A stretch of DNA of 61,121 nt, filler included, from Acidimicrobiia bacterium (GTDB lineage Bacteria; Actinomycetota; Acidimicrobiia; Spongiisociales; CAZKJJ01), in the NCBI GenBank assembly GCA_046759765.1. It is 2 parts of 2 records of this genome, joined end to end, with 100 filler letters (N's around TTAATTAATTAA, not from the genome) between each part and the next. Parts side by side here need not be neighbours in the genome. Positions count along the whole stretch, not along the records: positions 1 to 31,072 come from JBHICV010000012.1; 1 more part is not named here. The stretch is one strand, 5' to 3'. A model generated the notes under the pieces. That model saw only the letters and a program-made list of their open reading frames with translations. It was not told the origin of the DNA and searched no databases. This document shows positions 19,155 through 28,411 of this stretch, in pieces; within the stretch, counting starts at the first letter, position 1, and each line of letters opens with the position of its first letter. Both the position numbers and the translations under genes were made by a program.

Positions 19155-19430
19155 GTGACCAGCCGCGTCCTTCTGCCGGCAGTCCTGAGGCCACATGCGG
19201 ACGGGAATCTGGTGGTCGAAGCCACCGGCGAAACGCTGGGCGAGATTATCAGCGACGTCGGTAGGCGATATCCAAACCTCGGCGAGCAGCTGCTGACCGA
19301 CGACGGGGAGCTACCGACATTCGTCAATGTGTTCGTCGGCGACGAAGACGTCCGTTATCTCGAGGGTCTGGCAACCGAGGTGGAGGAGGGGTCCGAGATC
19401 ACCATACTCCCTGCCGTAGCCGGTGGTTGA
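19155..19430 (+). CDS. cysO: MoaD/ThiS-family ubiquitin-like sulfur carrier protein
   Basis: FVNVFVGDEDVRYLEGL...ILPAVAGG C-terminal diglycine; mec-cysO-cysM order. Confidence 0.88.
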   Translation: MTSRVLLPAVLRPHADGNLVVEATGETLGEIISDVGRRYPNLGEQLLTDDGELPTFVNVFVGDEDVRYLEGLATEVEEGSEITILPAVAGG

Positions 19431-20347
19431 CTTGGCGGGTGATTGAAGCCACGCCTCTGGTACATCTGCGCCGATTGAGCCCCCATTCTGAAGTTCGAAT
19501 CCTGGCGAAGCTGGAGTGGTTTCTCCCAACCGGATCGGTCAAAGACAGGATCGCACTGGAGATGCTGAACCGTGCCGAGGCCGACGGGCAGCTCGGACCG
19601 GGCGCTCATCTGCTCGAACCATCATCCGGAAATACCGGAATCGCGCTGGCGAGGCTGGCCGGACAGAGGGGCTACCGACTCACTGTCGTGCTGCCTGGCA
19701 ACGTAAGCGACGAGCGAAAAGCGCTGCTGCGGCTTCTGGGCGCCGAACTAATCGAAACCCCCGGCGATCAGGGCTCGAACGGCGCCATCCGCCACGCCCA
19801 TGAGCTGGCTACCGAACCCGGGATTGTGATGCTCGATCAGTACTCCAACGCGGCCAATCCTGACGCCCACTACCTGGGGACGGGCCAGGAAATCCTCACG
19901 CAGGCCGACCATGTCGATGCCTTCGTCGCCTGTCTGGGTACCGGGGGGACTCTGATGGGAGTGGGTCGGGCCTTACGCGAGGCCTACTCCGATGTCGAGA
20001 TTGTTGCCGCGGAGCCTCCTGCCGGTGAGTTCATCTCTGGTCTGCGCTCGCTCGAGGAGGGATTCGTCCCACCGATCTTCGATCCGAGCGCGATCGACGG
20101 CAAGATCCTGGTCCGCACGCGAGATGCAATATCGATGTGCCGAAGGCTGCTGACCGAGGAGGGTCTCTTTGCCGGACTGTCGTCGGGCGCGGCGGTCCAT
20201 GCGTCCCTGCGCTGGGCAGAGAAACTCGACGGAGGGACCATCGTCACTCTGCTACCCGACGGCGGCTGGAAGTACCTCTCGACTGGAGCCTGGTCGGGCC
20301 CGATCTCTGAGGCCGAGGATCGGCTCCGAGGCCAGGTTTACTTCTAA
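19427..20347 (+). CDS. cysM: PLP-dependent cysteine synthase (CysO-dependent O-phosphoserine sulfhydrylase type)
   Basis: AKLE..PTGSVKDRIA, EPSSGNTGI, GTGGT, DGGWKYLSTG; TTGA overlap with cysO. Confidence 0.9.
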   Translation: MTWRVIEATPLVHLRRLSPHSEVRILAKLEWFLPTGSVKDRIALEMLNRAEADGQLGPGAHLLEPSSGNTGIALARLAGQRGYRLTVVLPGNVSDERKALLRLLGAELIETPGDQGSNGAIRHAHELATEPGIVMLDQYSNAANPDAHYLGTGQEILTQADHVDAFVACLGTGGTLMGVGRALREAYSDVEIVAAEPPAGEFISGLRSLEEGFVPPIFDPSAIDGKILVRTRDAISMCRRLLTEEGLFAGLSSGAAVHASLRWAEKLDGGTIVTLLPDGGWKYLSTGAWSGPISEAEDRLRGQVYF

Positions 20348-20793
20348 GCCTGCCCTCCGGCCTCCGGCGTAGGTGGGACGCCAAAGGTCTTCTCGTAGAT
20401 GATGCATCCGACGCAGATCCGCGTCGTCGCCGCCAAGGTAGCGAGCGCCATGACAATGAGGGTCAGCACCCACGCCAACACCGGGACGCCGAGCGCGAAA
20501 GCCAGAATTGCTCCCCCTAGGAATATGGTGCCCAGCAGCTGAGCAAAGCGGGGAGGGGCTGCGCTCTCGAACTCGGTCGGCCCGCCCGGTTGAAACCGGG
20601 GACGAACGACTCGGACATACAGGTGGGTCAGCGGAGCGAACCTGGGTCCGCCGACGTACGAAAGCCCGAGCAGCAGGAACCCCACCGCTACCAGCCATTC
20701 TTGTTGCAGAACGAACGCCGCCGCCGTGATACCTCCGACGACCGCCTGATTGAAGCGGGGAACGTTTACATCGACACGACTTGTAGAAACCAT
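20344..20793 (-). CDS. DUF4395 membrane protein
   Basis: VDVNVPRFNQ, ESAAPPRFAQLLG, ICVGCIIY. Confidence 0.85.
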   Translation of the reverse strand: MVSTSRVDVNVPRFNQAVVGGITAAAFVLQQEWLVAVGFLLLGLSYVGGPRFAPLTHLYVRVVRPRFQPGGPTEFESAAPPRFAQLLGTIFLGGAILAFALGVPVLAWVLTLIVMALATLAATTRICVGCIIYEKTFGVPPTPEAGGQA

Positions 20794-20842
20794 GGAAAGC
20801 CTCCTTCGAAGTAAGAGAGTGGATTTGGTGACCGGGCCGGTG

Positions 20843-22015
20843 TTAGTTGTGTCGAGCTACCGACCCGGCCGGCATACAGAGGTCGTCGTACTCCACGAGC
20901 CTGGGTGGACGATCCTCGTCGGAGCACGCTGGGCAGTTCGGGTCCCGCTTGATGGTCAGCGTGCGGAACTCCTCAGTCAGTGCGTCGTAAGTCAGAAGCC
21001 GCCCAACGAGGGGATCGCCGATCCCGAGCACGAGCTTGATGACCTCATTGGCCTCCACCGATCCGATGATGCCGGGGAGGACGCCCAGCACACCGGCCTC
21101 TGCGCAAGAGGGCGCCAGTTCGGGCGGGGGCGGCTCCGAGAAAAGGCACCGATAGCAGGGTCCTTCATAGGGAGTGAATACCGTCACCTGGCCCTCGAAA
21201 CGGAAAATCGAGCCGTGCACCACTGGTACTCGCAGGTGCAGTGAGGCGTCGTTGAGGAGATAGCGGGTCGGAAAGTTGTCGCCCCCGTCGAGGACCACGT
21301 CGTAGCCGTCCATGATGTCCAAGACGTTTTCGGCGGAGAGCCGCTCCGCGTAGGCCTCGACTTTGACGTCCGGGTTCAGAGCCGTCAGCGTCTGTTGCGC
21401 AGATTCGACCTTCAGCTCGCCCAGCCGATCGAGGTTGTGGAGGATCTGTCGCTGCAGGTTGGTTGCGTCCACAACGTCAAAGTCGACGATGCCGAGAGTT
21501 CCCACGCCGGCGGCGGCGAGGTAGAGAGCGGCAGGTGAGCCCAGGCCTCCAGCACCGATGAGGAGCACTCGAGAATCGAGCAGCCGGGCCTGGCCTTCTT
21601 CGCCTACCTCCGGCAGCAGTATGTGCCGGCTGTAACGGACCCTTTGTTCGTTCGTTAGGGCAGTTGGGACCTGCCAGTCGAGCCCAACGATTTTCCATGC
21701 GCCAAAGCCACCCCGCAGCGAGGCAACGTTGGTGTAGCCCATGTCCTGCATGGTCTTGGCCGCCAGGGCCGAGCGGGCCCCTCCGGCGCAGTAAACGACC
21801 ACTTCGGTGTCGGGATCCGGTACCAGGTTGCGAACGGATCCCTCTAGAACGCCGCGGGGGATGAGCGTGGCTCCTTCGATGGCTCCCTGCTCGAACTCAT
21901 CCGCCTCCCGCACATCCAACAGCGTTATTTCGCCGAGTCGCGGGACGAGCTCGGGAGAATCTACCTCCCGGATCTGCTGCTTAGCCTCGGCCACTAGCTC
22001 CTGGTAGCTGCGCAT
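20843..22015 (-). CDS. moeB: MoeB/MoeZ-type E1-like adenylyltransferase with N-terminal rhodanese domain
   Basis: Rhodanese LLDVRE...YCAGGARS; RYSRHILLPEVG, GAGGLGSP, TNLQRQ, CYRC, PSCAEAGVLG, CPAC. Confidence 0.92.
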   Translation of the reverse strand: MRSYQELVAEAKQQIREVDSPELVPRLGEITLLDVREADEFEQGAIEGATLIPRGVLEGSVRNLVPDPDTEVVVYCAGGARSALAAKTMQDMGYTNVASLRGGFGAWKIVGLDWQVPTALTNEQRVRYSRHILLPEVGEEGQARLLDSRVLLIGAGGLGSPAALYLAAAGVGTLGIVDFDVVDATNLQRQILHNLDRLGELKVESAQQTLTALNPDVKVEAYAERLSAENVLDIMDGYDVVLDGGDNFPTRYLLNDASLHLRVPVVHGSIFRFEGQVTVFTPYEGPCYRCLFSEPPPPELAPSCAEAGVLGVLPGIIGSVEANEVIKLVLGIGDPLVGRLLTYDALTEEFRTLTIKRDPNCPACSDEDRPPRLVEYDDLCMPAGSVARHN

Positions 22016-22030
22016 CTCGGTGCTCGATTA

Positions 22031-22056
22031 ATTAGCAATACGATCATAGTGTTAAT
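22031..22056. promoter_or_regulatory. AT-rich imperfect inverted repeat upstream of moeB/moeZ
   Basis: ATTAGCAATA-cgatca-TAGTGTTAAT (8 of 10 positions complementary), conspicuously AT-rich in high-GC DNA. Confidence 0.4.
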
Positions 22057-22085
22057 TCGACAAGCGTGGGACGCCTGAGGCGGAA

Positions 22086-22499
22086 TCACCCCCCTCGCTG
22101 CTCGGCGCTTCGCACTAGGCCGGCGAGATAGACGAGTAGTTGAAAGGCCGTTTCGGGGTCGTCGTGGAGCAATTCCCGGAACCGGGTACCTTCGATCACC
22201 AGCACCGTGATCGGCGAAGACGCAGTCACCGATGCGCTTCGCTTTCCCTCGTCGATCAAAGCGAGCTCACCGAAGAACGAGCCTGGTCCGAGTGTCCGCC
22301 GCGGGTGGCCGCCCGAGGAGACGTCGACTTGCCCGTCGATAAGAAGATGGAATCCATGAGCTGGGAGTCCCTCTTGGACGATCACGTGACCCGGCGGGTG
22401 GTGGACCTCTTCCACCAAGCCGGCGACCTTGTCGAGCCGTTCGTTGGTCAAAGCGGAGAAGAGGGGCACCGAGCGCAGCGCCTCTCTTACATCGGTCAT
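22086..22499 (-). CDS. Stand-alone cyclic nucleotide-binding domain protein
   Basis: LRSVPLFSAL, GSFFGELALIDEGKRSASVTA phosphate-binding cassette; TAGCGT 7 nt before the ATG. Confidence 0.9.
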   Translation of the reverse strand: MTDVREALRSVPLFSALTNERLDKVAGLVEEVHHPPGHVIVQEGLPAHGFHLLIDGQVDVSSGGHPRRTLGPGSFFGELALIDEGKRSASVTASSPITVLVIEGTRFRELLHDDPETAFQLLVYLAGLVRSAEQRGG

Positions 22500-22542
22500 G
22501 GCTGCAACGCTAGCCGCGGGGCGGGGCGTCAAGAATCAGGCG

Positions 22543-22770
22543 TCAGCTGCTGGCAAGCTCCGGCCAGGGTGACTTACGGGGCCCGGCGAGCGCTTGCAGG
22601 ATCGAGCGAGCGTCTTCGGTACGCAAGGCGGGGGTTTCGGTGAAATCCTCGGTAAGGCCAACGCCTATCTGGCCGCAATCACGACAGATCAGGCGCACGA
22701 TGCCGCCGGCAGTGGGATGCACGTCGTAGTTATGTCGGTGCTGTGCGCGAGCTTGGCGGTGCCTAGCCAT
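22543..22770 (-). CDS. Small hypothetical protein (HxH...CxxC)
   Basis: RBS AAGGAAAG before ATG; HRH and CRDC motifs. Confidence 0.55.
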   Translation of the reverse strand: MARHRQARAQHRHNYDVHPTAGGIVRLICRDCGQIGVGLTEDFTETPALRTEDARSILQALAGPRKSPWPELASS

Positions 22771-22899
22771 TTCTTTCCTTGGTAACGGGGGAGAACCCCG
22801 ACCTGTCTGTCAACAACAGCATCGGCTCGAATCCAAGGTTTGACGATGGGCATTACGGATTCATCACATCGGACTAGTCATTCTCATATGATCGATCTG

Positions 22900-23877
22900 G
22901 TGCGAGCCGTCCTTTGTAAAGCCTTTGGCGAGTCTCTTGCGCTCGAGGAGGTGGCCGCACCGGAGCCCGGACCCGGCGAGGTGCTGATCGATGTCAGGGC
23001 AGCTGGCGTCAACTTTCCGGACCTGCTGATCACCCAGGGCCTCTATCAGTCACGCCCTCCGCTTCCCTTCGCGCCAGGGTTTGAGGTAGCCGGTCGGGTG
23101 TCTGAGGTCGGCGACGGAGCGACATCGATGTCTATTGGCGATCGGGTAATGGCTACCTTCGAGTACGGCGGCTACGCGGAGCAGGCGGTCGCGCCTGAAG
23201 CAAGTGTGGTCCGGCTGCCAGACGAGATGTCATTCGAGGAGGCCGCCGGCTTTCCGATCGCCTACGGCACGGTATACCACGCGCTCATCGATCGGGCAGC
23301 GCTCCAGGAGGGCGAGACTCTGCTCGTTACGGGCGCTTCCGGCGGCGTCGGGCTGGCAGCGGTTCAGGTCGGAAGCCTGCTGGGGGCACGGGTGATCGCC
23401 GCGGTCGGATCGCCAACCAAAGCCGAGCTCACCCGCCGCCACGGCGCGGCGGACACCATCGACTACCAGACCGAGGATCTCAGGGAAAGGGTCAAGCAAT
23501 TGACCGGTGGCGCCGGCGCCGACGTGATCTTCGATCCCGTCGGTGGCGAAGTCTTTGACCAATGCGTGCGGAGCGTCGCCTGGGGCGGGCGGCTGCTCGT
23601 CATCGGCTTCACATCGGGCCGAATACCCGAGGTACCGACCAACCTCGTGCTTCTCAAAGGAAGCTCCATCGTCGGGGTCTTCTGGGGAGGTTTCATGATG
23701 CGAGATCCTGGTCAGAGCCGCGGTAACTTCCTTCGGCTGTTCGCCTGGCTGGATGACGGGGTGATCAGCCCGTATATCTCGGCCGTGTACCCGCTGGACC
23801 GCGCCACCGAGGCCATGGAAGCGGTGGCGGCCCGCCGCACTACCGGCAAGCTCGTGCTCGACATGGGGAGACGCTGA
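22900..23877 (+). CDS. NADPH:quinone oxidoreductase (MDR/zeta-crystallin) family
   Basis: GVNFPDLL, PFAPGFEVAG, LVTGASGGVG, GRLLVIGFTSG; TATGAT 7 nt before GTG 22900. Confidence 0.92.
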   Translation: MRAVLCKAFGESLALEEVAAPEPGPGEVLIDVRAAGVNFPDLLITQGLYQSRPPLPFAPGFEVAGRVSEVGDGATSMSIGDRVMATFEYGGYAEQAVAPEASVVRLPDEMSFEEAAGFPIAYGTVYHALIDRAALQEGETLLVTGASGGVGLAAVQVGSLLGARVIAAVGSPTKAELTRRHGAADTIDYQTEDLRERVKQLTGGAGADVIFDPVGGEVFDQCVRSVAWGGRLLVIGFTSGRIPEVPTNLVLLKGSSIVGVFWGGFMMRDPGQSRGNFLRLFAWLDDGVISPYISAVYPLDRATEAMEAVAARRTTGKLVLDMGRR

Positions 23878-23881
23878 GCCC

Positions 23882-24910
23882 TCAGTCGGCCCAAAGGTAG
23901 GGCGTGCCGTCGTTGAGAACGGCGCCGGCGGCCTTGGATCCGCCCAGTACGTATAGGTCGCCGTCCGTGACCGCGGCCGGAACCCCGTGCAGCCCGACAG
24001 GCAAGGCCGGCCACGGGCCCCAGCGGCTTGTCGCGATGTCGAAGGCCTCCACCTCCGTAAGGGCGTCACGCGAGCCGAGTAGCTCCCCACCAATGGCGAG
24101 AATCTGGCCCTGGAAAGCCGCAACCGCGTGGCCCCCCCGTGGGATCGACAGCTCAAGAAGGAAGCTCCAGCTCCCAGTAGAGGGGTCGAAAACCTCACTG
24201 GTAATCCGCTCTCCGAAGTCGAACCAGCGACCGCCGATGACGTAGATGAGGCTCCCGGCGGTTGCGGCCGCCACGTGTTCCCTCGGCTCCGACATTTCTG
24301 CCAGCTCGTCCCAAGTATTGGCAGCGGGGTCGAAGCGAAAGATCCCGGTGCCAACGTCGACTCCGCCGATTACATAGAGGTGATCACCAAGCGATACCGC
24401 CGTCCCGGCCGCGACTGGTCGCGGGAGGGGCGCCACTTCAGACCAAGTGTCGGAGGAGGGCTCGTAGGCCCACACCGTGTCCCTCACCGTTCCGAAGTTC
24501 GACTCGTAGCCTCCTATGGCGTAGAGCTTCCCGCCCAATGCAGCCGCCATTAGGTGATGGCGCGGCGCAGGCATGTCCGCTACGAAGGTCCACGTGTCGG
24601 TCTCCGGGTCGTAGGCCTCGACGGTTCGCTCCACCCCTTCGAAGCCACCTCGTCCGGCGAATCCACCCGGCAGGTAGATGAGACCATCCAGGGCGGCTGC
24701 GGGAACCTCCGATCGAGGGATATGCATGCGAGCGCGTGGCACCCATCCAGCTTCCGCTTGGGTGATTGCCGTAGTCGTCGGCGAGACGGAGGTGACAACC
24801 GGAGCCGAGGTGACGGTTCCCTCATCGGGGGTTCCGCTTGTGCACGCCGCGATCGCCAGTGCGAAGACCGCTCCGCTAATAAGTGCGCCGGTGGGCGTCG
24901 CCGCGCTCAC
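23882..24910 (-). CDS. Kelch-repeat lipoprotein
   Basis: IAAC lipobox, Thr-rich linker, about six (L/I)Y(V/A)IGG...W repeats; GTGA overlap with the upstream gene. Confidence 0.88.
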   Translation of the reverse strand: MSAATPTGALISGAVFALAIAACTSGTPDEGTVTSAPVVTSVSPTTTAITQAEAGWVPRARMHIPRSEVPAAALDGLIYLPGGFAGRGGFEGVERTVEAYDPETDTWTFVADMPAPRHHLMAAALGGKLYAIGGYESNFGTVRDTVWAYEPSSDTWSEVAPLPRPVAAGTAVSLGDHLYVIGGVDVGTGIFRFDPAANTWDELAEMSEPREHVAAATAGSLIYVIGGRWFDFGERITSEVFDPSTGSWSFLLELSIPRGGHAVAAFQGQILAIGGELLGSRDALTEVEAFDIATSRWGPWPALPVGLHGVPAAVTDGDLYVLGGSKAAGAVLNDGTPYLWAD

Positions 24911-25896
24911 TTATCTTCTCGCCGGCGACGAGACGGAGTCACCCTCGGTGGCTCTCCCGGCTGTTTGGGGTAGTGCGGCGGCCAAGGAGCATCACCGAGC
25001 CCATCGGCCTCGTCTCGGACCACCCATTCAGTGAGTGTGTCCAGTCGTCCGGGCGTTTCATCCATCACTTCCAACAAATCCCCGACCTCCTCCCACCGGA
25101 GCCGAAACCGGTCGAGCGGAAAGTCCTCGATCTCTACATCGTCCAGTTCATCCCAGGAGAAAGGAACCGAGACAAACCCAGTGGGTCGGACGCTGTAAGC
25201 ACTGGCGAGTGTCTTGTCGCGGGCAGTCTGGTTGAAGTCAATGAAGACCCCGTGGCGTTCTTCTTTCCACCAGGCCGTGGTGGCCTTGGGACTCCGGCGC
25301 CCGGCTTCCCTCGCTAAAGCCAGGACCGCGCGACGCACTTCGTGAAATGTCCATTCGGGCTCGATCCGGACGTAGATGTGGATGCCCCGCGAACCTGAGG
25401 TCTTGGGCCATGAGACCAGGCCGACCTCATCGAGGATGCCGCGGCACACCTGGGCCACGTCGCGAACATCTGCCCAGGGAATCCCCGGCGTTGGATCCAG
25501 ATCCAGCCTCATCTCATCTGGATGATCGGTGTCCTCGGCTCGCACGGGCCACGGATTCAGGTCGATGCACCCGAGTTGGACCATCTTCACGATGTCCGAG
25601 GTAGTTCGAGGAACGAACATGCGCCCGGGGCGCGCGCTAGGAAACCGCACTATCACTGTTTCGCCCATTGACTCATCCACCCGCTTTTGAAAGAAGGGTC
25701 TGGCTCCGACTCCATGTGGCCATCGCTTGAGTAGCGACGGACGCCCAAAGACCGCCCGAAGTGCTCCGGATGCGCAGCCAATGAAGTGCTCGACCACATC
25801 GAGCTTGGTCCAGCCCTGCTCAGGAAAGAGGACCTTTCCCGGACTGGAGATCCTGATCGATTGGCCGTCCACTTCGATGGCGGCCTCGTCACTCAC
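24907..25896 (-). CDS. Stand-alone LigD-type primase-polymerase (AEP) domain protein
   Basis: ISSPGKVLFP, FFQKR, PDEMRLDLDP, KTSGSRGIHIY, WWKEER.GVFIDFNQ, SAYSVRP. Confidence 0.9.
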   Translation of the reverse strand: MSDEAAIEVDGQSIRISSPGKVLFPEQGWTKLDVVEHFIGCASGALRAVFGRPSLLKRWPHGVGARPFFQKRVDESMGETVIVRFPSARPGRMFVPRTTSDIVKMVQLGCIDLNPWPVRAEDTDHPDEMRLDLDPTPGIPWADVRDVAQVCRGILDEVGLVSWPKTSGSRGIHIYVRIEPEWTFHEVRRAVLALAREAGRRSPKATTAWWKEERHGVFIDFNQTARDKTLASAYSVRPTGFVSVPFSWDELDDVEIEDFPLDRFRLRWEEVGDLLEVMDETPGRLDTLTEWVVRDEADGLGDAPWPPHYPKQPGEPPRVTPSRRRREDK

Positions 25897-25971
25897 GAAG
25901 ATTCTCTGGCACGCGACAGCTCCAGGAGTGGTCGGCTCAGAACCTAGAAGCTACTTGTCAGAACGCCGAAC

Positions 25972-26394
25972 TCAGATGCCGGCACCCCTCATCGAGCCGC
26001 TCAGCTTGGCCAGGTCAGCGTCATAGAGAAAGCAGAGGACTTCTCGGTCACCGTCGTCCCAGCTGAGCGGACTTGGATATAGATACGTGAACTCGAGCAC
26101 CGAGGTCGAATAGGACGCACCCACGAAGGCCTCGAACTCCGGCAGACAATTCTCGGCCGCATACGCAGCCATTGCTCCCTCGCCCGGATAGTCGCCTCCG
26201 CCGAGGTAGAGAATCGAAGAGAAGATCTCGTTGTCATGAGCTTCCGCACAATCAACCGTCTCAACGGACGAGATCTCAGTGGCCGTCAGATCGGGATCGT
26301 TGAAACACTGACCCACCTCGAGCGAGAACACCGAGGTCCCGCAGGCGGACACCACCATCGCCAGGCCTGCGACGAGCCGACTCGCCCTACGCAT
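25972..26394 (-). CDS. Septum-formation family lipoprotein
   Basis: VSAC lipobox; LEVGQCFN, VDCAEAHDNE, PSPLSWDDGDREVLC. Confidence 0.85.
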   Translation of the reverse strand: MRRASRLVAGLAMVVSACGTSVFSLEVGQCFNDPDLTATEISSVETVDCAEAHDNEIFSSILYLGGGDYPGEGAMAAYAAENCLPEFEAFVGASYSTSVLEFTYLYPSPLSWDDGDREVLCFLYDADLAKLSGSMRGAGI

Positions 26395-26480
26395 GCGAAC
26401 CTATCGGCGTCAGTTGACCGGCCCCTGAGGCCTTCGACGAGCCCCAATGGACATTCCGGTGCTCTGGATAGACTCTCGCT

Positions 26481-28274
26481 ATGGTCGACTATCGCCCCCC
26501 TATGGGGGATATTCGCTTCGTTCTTACTGAACTCGCCGACCTCGAGGGCATCTGCGAACTCGACGCCTTTCCGTCCGCGGACCCCGACCTCGTCTTTTCG
26601 GCATTCGATGAGGCTGCTCGATTCGCCAGCGAGGTGGTAGCGCCACTCAACCGAGTTGGCGATATACAAGGCAGCAAGCTCAACGACCAGGGAGAGGTAA
26701 CGACGCCGGACGGGTTCAAGGAGGCGTACTCCCAGTACGTGGCCGCGGGCTGGGGCGGCGTGCCCTTCCCCTCTGAGTATGGCGGCCACGGCATGCCGCG
26801 CATTGTCGGTCTCGTCGTCCAGGAGATGTTCAAGAGCGCCTGCCTGGCGTTCTCGCTCGGGCCGCTGCTGACGATCGGGGCTATAGAGGCGTTACTCGCC
26901 CACGGAACCGAGGAACAGAGGCAGCTCTATCTGGGCAAGCTCATCTCTGGTGAATGGATGGGGACGATGAATCTCACCGAGTCCCACGCCGGCTCGGATC
27001 TTGGGGTCATCAACACCAAGGCAATCCCCGCTGACGACGGCACGTATCTCATCTCCGGCACCAAGATCTTCATCACCTGGGGAGAGCACGACCTGACTGA
27101 GAACATAGTGCATACGGTGTTGGCCAAGCTCCCGAATGCCCCGGCGGGCACGAAGGGCATCTCGATGTTCCTGGTGCCCAAGTTCCTGCCCGGCCCGGAT
27201 GGCGGCCTCGGAAAGCGCAATGACATCCACTGCGTCTCGATCGAGCACAAGCTCGGCATTCATGCGAGCCCAACCTGTGTGATGTCCTACGGCGAAGAAG
27301 GAGGTGCGACCGGCTATCTGATCGGCGAAGAGAACGACGGCATGCGGAACATGTTCACCATGATGAACGCGGCCCGTATCGGCGTCGGGCAAGAAGGCGT
27401 TGCTCTCACCGAGCGCGCTTATCAGAAGGCCCTTGCGTTTGCGCAAGAGCGCCGGCAGGGTCGGGCGCTCGGCAGTACGTCGCCCGACAACTCTTTCATC
27501 ATCGAGCATCCGGACGTCCGCAGGATGCTCATGACGATGAAGGCCTACGCGGAGGCGATGAGAGCCTTGATCTACCTGGCGGGTGCGTCGGTTGATCTAG
27601 CCCATGACCACCCCGATCCGAGAGTCAGAGAACATAACGAGGAGTTCCTGGCACTGATCACCCCTGTGTGTAAGGCGTGGTGTACGGACACCGGAGTAGA
27701 GATGACTTCCGTGGGCCTTCAGGTCCACGGAGGCATGGGCTACGTCGAGGAGACTGGTGCCGCCCAGTTCTATCGCGACTCCAGGATCACCCCGATCTAC
27801 GAGGGAACTAACGGCATCCAGGCGGTCGATCTCGTGGGGCGCAAGCTCGGTCTGAGGAATGGCGATGTCGCCAGGGACTTCCTCGACCGAATGGCGGAGG
27901 CGGAAGTAGAGCTCAGCGAGGTAGACGGCCGCTTCGGTGATATGAGCGAAGCCCTGACGGACGCTATCGATGCCTTACGCGAAGCCACCGAGTGGCTGAT
28001 TGCCCGGTCGGATCATCGGGACCGTCTGGCCGGGGCCTCTCCCTACCTCAAGATGCTTGGACTGACGGCCGGTGGCTGGCTGATGGCCCGTTCGGCGGCA
28101 GCCGCAGCCCGGAAGCTCAGACGAGGCGACGACGGAGCCGGGTTCCTGGAGGCGAAGATCTCGACCGCCGAGTTCTACACAGGCCAGCTCCTGCCCGAGG
28201 TTCGCGGCCTGCTGCCGGCCGTACAGGGCGGAGCCGACGCCCTCTTCGCGATCGAGCCGAAGTACCTGGGCTAA
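26481..28274 (+). CDS. Acyl-CoA dehydrogenase (long ~600-aa subfamily)
   Basis: GTMNLTESHAGSD, ISGTKIFITWG, EHKLGIHASPTC, QVHGGMGY, IYEGTNGIQA; TAGACT 6 nt before the ATG. Confidence 0.95.
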   Translation: MVDYRPPMGDIRFVLTELADLEGICELDAFPSADPDLVFSAFDEAARFASEVVAPLNRVGDIQGSKLNDQGEVTTPDGFKEAYSQYVAAGWGGVPFPSEYGGHGMPRIVGLVVQEMFKSACLAFSLGPLLTIGAIEALLAHGTEEQRQLYLGKLISGEWMGTMNLTESHAGSDLGVINTKAIPADDGTYLISGTKIFITWGEHDLTENIVHTVLAKLPNAPAGTKGISMFLVPKFLPGPDGGLGKRNDIHCVSIEHKLGIHASPTCVMSYGEEGGATGYLIGEENDGMRNMFTMMNAARIGVGQEGVALTERAYQKALAFAQERRQGRALGSTSPDNSFIIEHPDVRRMLMTMKAYAEAMRALIYLAGASVDLAHDHPDPRVREHNEEFLALITPVCKAWCTDTGVEMTSVGLQVHGGMGYVEETGAAQFYRDSRITPIYEGTNGIQAVDLVGRKLGLRNGDVARDFLDRMAEAEVELSEVDGRFGDMSEALTDAIDALREATEWLIARSDHRDRLAGASPYLKMLGLTAGGWLMARSAAAAARKLRRGDDGAGFLEAKISTAEFYTGQLLPEVRGLLPAVQGGADALFAIEPKYLG

Positions 28275-28289
28275 CCGAGTCAGTCCGGT

Positions 28290-28400
28290 CCGCTTCTTGT
28301 GACGCCTACCCACCGTATAGGTGGTTAAACGTCACAAAAACGAGGCCCACCGCTTCTTGTGACGCCTATCCACCGTATAGGTGGTTGAACGTCACAAAAA
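28290..28400. repeat. Two tandem copies (60-bp period) of a 51-bp palindromic REP-like unit
   Basis: 28290-28340 and 28350-28400 differ at only 2 positions. Each folds as a TTGTGACG/CGTCACAA outer stem and a CCACC/GGTGG inner stem around a GTATA loop. Lies between convergent genes. Confidence 0.9.
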
Positions 28401-28411
28401 TGGGGAGACCG

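Noticed and set aside
18746..22015. JAB + ubiquitin-like + E1 genes as a novel bacterial ubiquitination or anti-phage system
   Set aside because: No E2 or CD-NTase is present, the Ubl overlaps cysM, and the E1 carries a rhodanese domain. This matches the known mec-cysO-cysM/MoeZ sulfur-transfer pathway.
28290..28400. CRISPR array
   Set aside because: Only two 51-nt units with a 9-nt gap; no spacers of CRISPR length and no cas genes.
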